A DNA stretch of 64,000 bases from Antedon mediterranea (Eukaryota; Animalia; Echinodermata). The translations under genes were made by a program, and so were the position numbers. The notes under the pieces are model-generated. The model had not been told where the DNA came from, searched no databases, and worked only from the letters and a program-made list of their open reading frames with translations. This document shows, piece after piece, positions 62,360 through 64,000 of this stretch (positions within the stretch are counted from its first letter, which is position 1; every line of letters starts with the position of its first letter). The DNA lies in the NCBI RefSeq assembly GCF_964355755.1, contig NC_092673.1, positions 6,572,001 through 6,636,000 of the forward strand, given 5' to 3'.

Positions 62360-62900
62360 AGATGTATTGTCCCTTAGACTAATTCCAAAAACATTTTTTA
62401 CAAAATATTTCAAAAAAAAGTGGGTTATTTTGAACTATCATAATAGTTATTAACTTCCACCAAAACTTAGTCAAAAAAAATTATTCAACTGAAATACAGA
62501 GGTTTTTTTGTTCAAAAAATAAATTTGACTTCCAGTCAAAGTTTTCGATCAAAACATATCTCATAATGCAACGCGCTTGTTTGGCTACTCTGTATGCAAA
62601 ATCATAAAACTTCCTGGCGATCTGTGTGAAAACACCTTCTCAACCATGACGAGTTGTAAACAATCCTGATTAGCATCATGAATAATGCATACTCGTTGTT
62701 TGAAATCTTTGTTTACTTTCGCTCGCGACGATTTTCCAGACGAAATGCAATCAAATAAATTTACCTGTTTTTACGTAAACTTGTTTTTTTTGGCTCAAAT
62801 TTTCGACTTAGTGAATAACTTTAATATTACTTTGATATGGCCAATTTAAATTTAGAATATTTTGACCTTCATTTTTTGTGTTTTAAGGGACAATACATCT
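62360..62900. mobile_element. Kolobok-type MITE, second copy of the same family
   Basis: Same TIRs, TTAA flanks and colinear interior as 61510-62048. Confidence 0.8.
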
Positions 62901-63378
62901 TTAAAATAGACGGAAATACAAGATGACTTCGAACATAGAAAAATGATTACGGGTTAACTAAGTGATGTAAAATAATAGAACGGAAAGAAGTGATGCCATT
63001 ATTAAAACAATATCGATATTGGTGTTATATTCTATTTTTCTCTTAATCACGTGTTTTATTTCCATATTCTTAAAGGGTGCAAAAGTAACCTTTAAAACTG
63101 AAGATAATATGGCCGAAAAATCATTTGATTAACTACAATAATATTCGACATTAACGTTGGTTATTTATAACTATGATTATGATGGTAACGTTACACAACT
63201 TATGCCTACGTGTTTATAACCGATACTGATAGTTTGGCCTATGGAAGTCAAATTGCCTTAATAATATTCAAACTGTATATATAGAAAGTATGTTAAAGGT
63301 AACATACTAATACATTTAGTTTCCTATAACTGCCGTTTCTACTAACCATTACATCACCATGAAGTTATGGAGGCCAAC

Positions 63379-63487
63379 GTGGAGAGGGCACGTGACGTGA
63401 AGAGGGCACGTGACGTGGAGAGGGCACGTGACGTGGAGAGGGCACGTGACGCGGAGAAAGCACGTGACGTGGAGACGACACGTGACA
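63379..63487. repeat. 18-bp minisatellite (gtggagagggcacgtgac) x~6
   Basis: Direct reading. Confidence 0.92.
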
Positions 63488-63682
63488 TAAACGAGTATTT
63501 TCAACATACACAAATTTCCATTTTGTTTACGAGTTTTGTCTCTTCAAAGAACCCCATTAAAGAAAGTTTAATTTATGTTGTAATCGAAAATAAATAAAAC
63601 CGGATCAAGTGTCTAAGTGTCTGTCAAACTTGAAAAATAAAATAAGTAAATCAGCTTAAGTTTTTCACTGACTTTTGTTAGA

Positions 63683-63990
63683 AGATATATTGTCCCCTTA
63701 AAAAATAATTCTGTATTATTTGGTTGAATAATAATAATAATAATAGTTATGTTTATTAAAATTATTTACCCGAAGAAACGAATTTAGAAGATTTCAATCA
63801 AATATTGGCAGCCAATAGGGTTTTGATTGAATTTAACCATTTATTTTGTCATTTTATAAGTGAAAACATTATTTTTTTTCCAGTATTTTTTCTACAGAAT
63901 CGATTAACTTTATTAAAACTACAAAATAAACTATTCAAAGTCTGATTTAACTAATCTTCATTTTTCATGTTTTTGGAGGACAATACATAT
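63683..63990. mobile_element. Degenerate Kolobok-type MITE with related TIRs
   Basis: agatatattgtcccct ... ggaggacaatacatat followed by TTAA; interior differs from the two neighbours. A similar end occurs at ~14922. Confidence 0.5.
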
Positions 63991-64000
63991 TTAAGTCCAT

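Noticed and set aside
63367-63597. 76-aa ORF with ERARDV repeats
   Set aside because: Open frame is explained by the 18-bp minisatellite; no splice or homology support.

Overview
AT-rich animal (invertebrate-like) genomic DNA with spliceosomal introns. The backbone is a direct tandem duplication of a ~15 kb cassette (copy 1 ~1565-16833; copy 2 ~16834-60947, inflated by insertions). The cassette holds a head-to-head gene pair: a very large GTPase (VLIG/GVIN1/URGCP family, minus strand, uninterrupted CDS) and a spliced FYVE-like zinc-finger gene ending in a cysteine string (plus strand). GTPase copy 1 is intact (1564 aa). Copy 2 is split in frame by a ~24.7 kb insertion (21547-46255). That insertion parses as five nested elements of one Helentron/HINE family, with five left ends and five right ends that balance like brackets, ( ( ) ( ( ) ( ) ) ). 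Every inner element sits in the T-tract just behind a relative's left end, which suggests self-targeting. One of the five is an autonomous ~19.8 kb Helentron encoding a 3124-aa protein (hydrophobic N-terminus, PHD, herpes-tegument-like C76 protease, OTU, 18-aa basic repeats, HUH Rep, Pif1 helicase, AP endonuclease) and carrying a ~345-bp satellite. Also present: Academ-like elements, a decayed RTE LINE, an L2-like tail, Kolobok-type MITEs, a second HINE family and minisatellites. All alignments and family calls were made by eye; no database searches were run.
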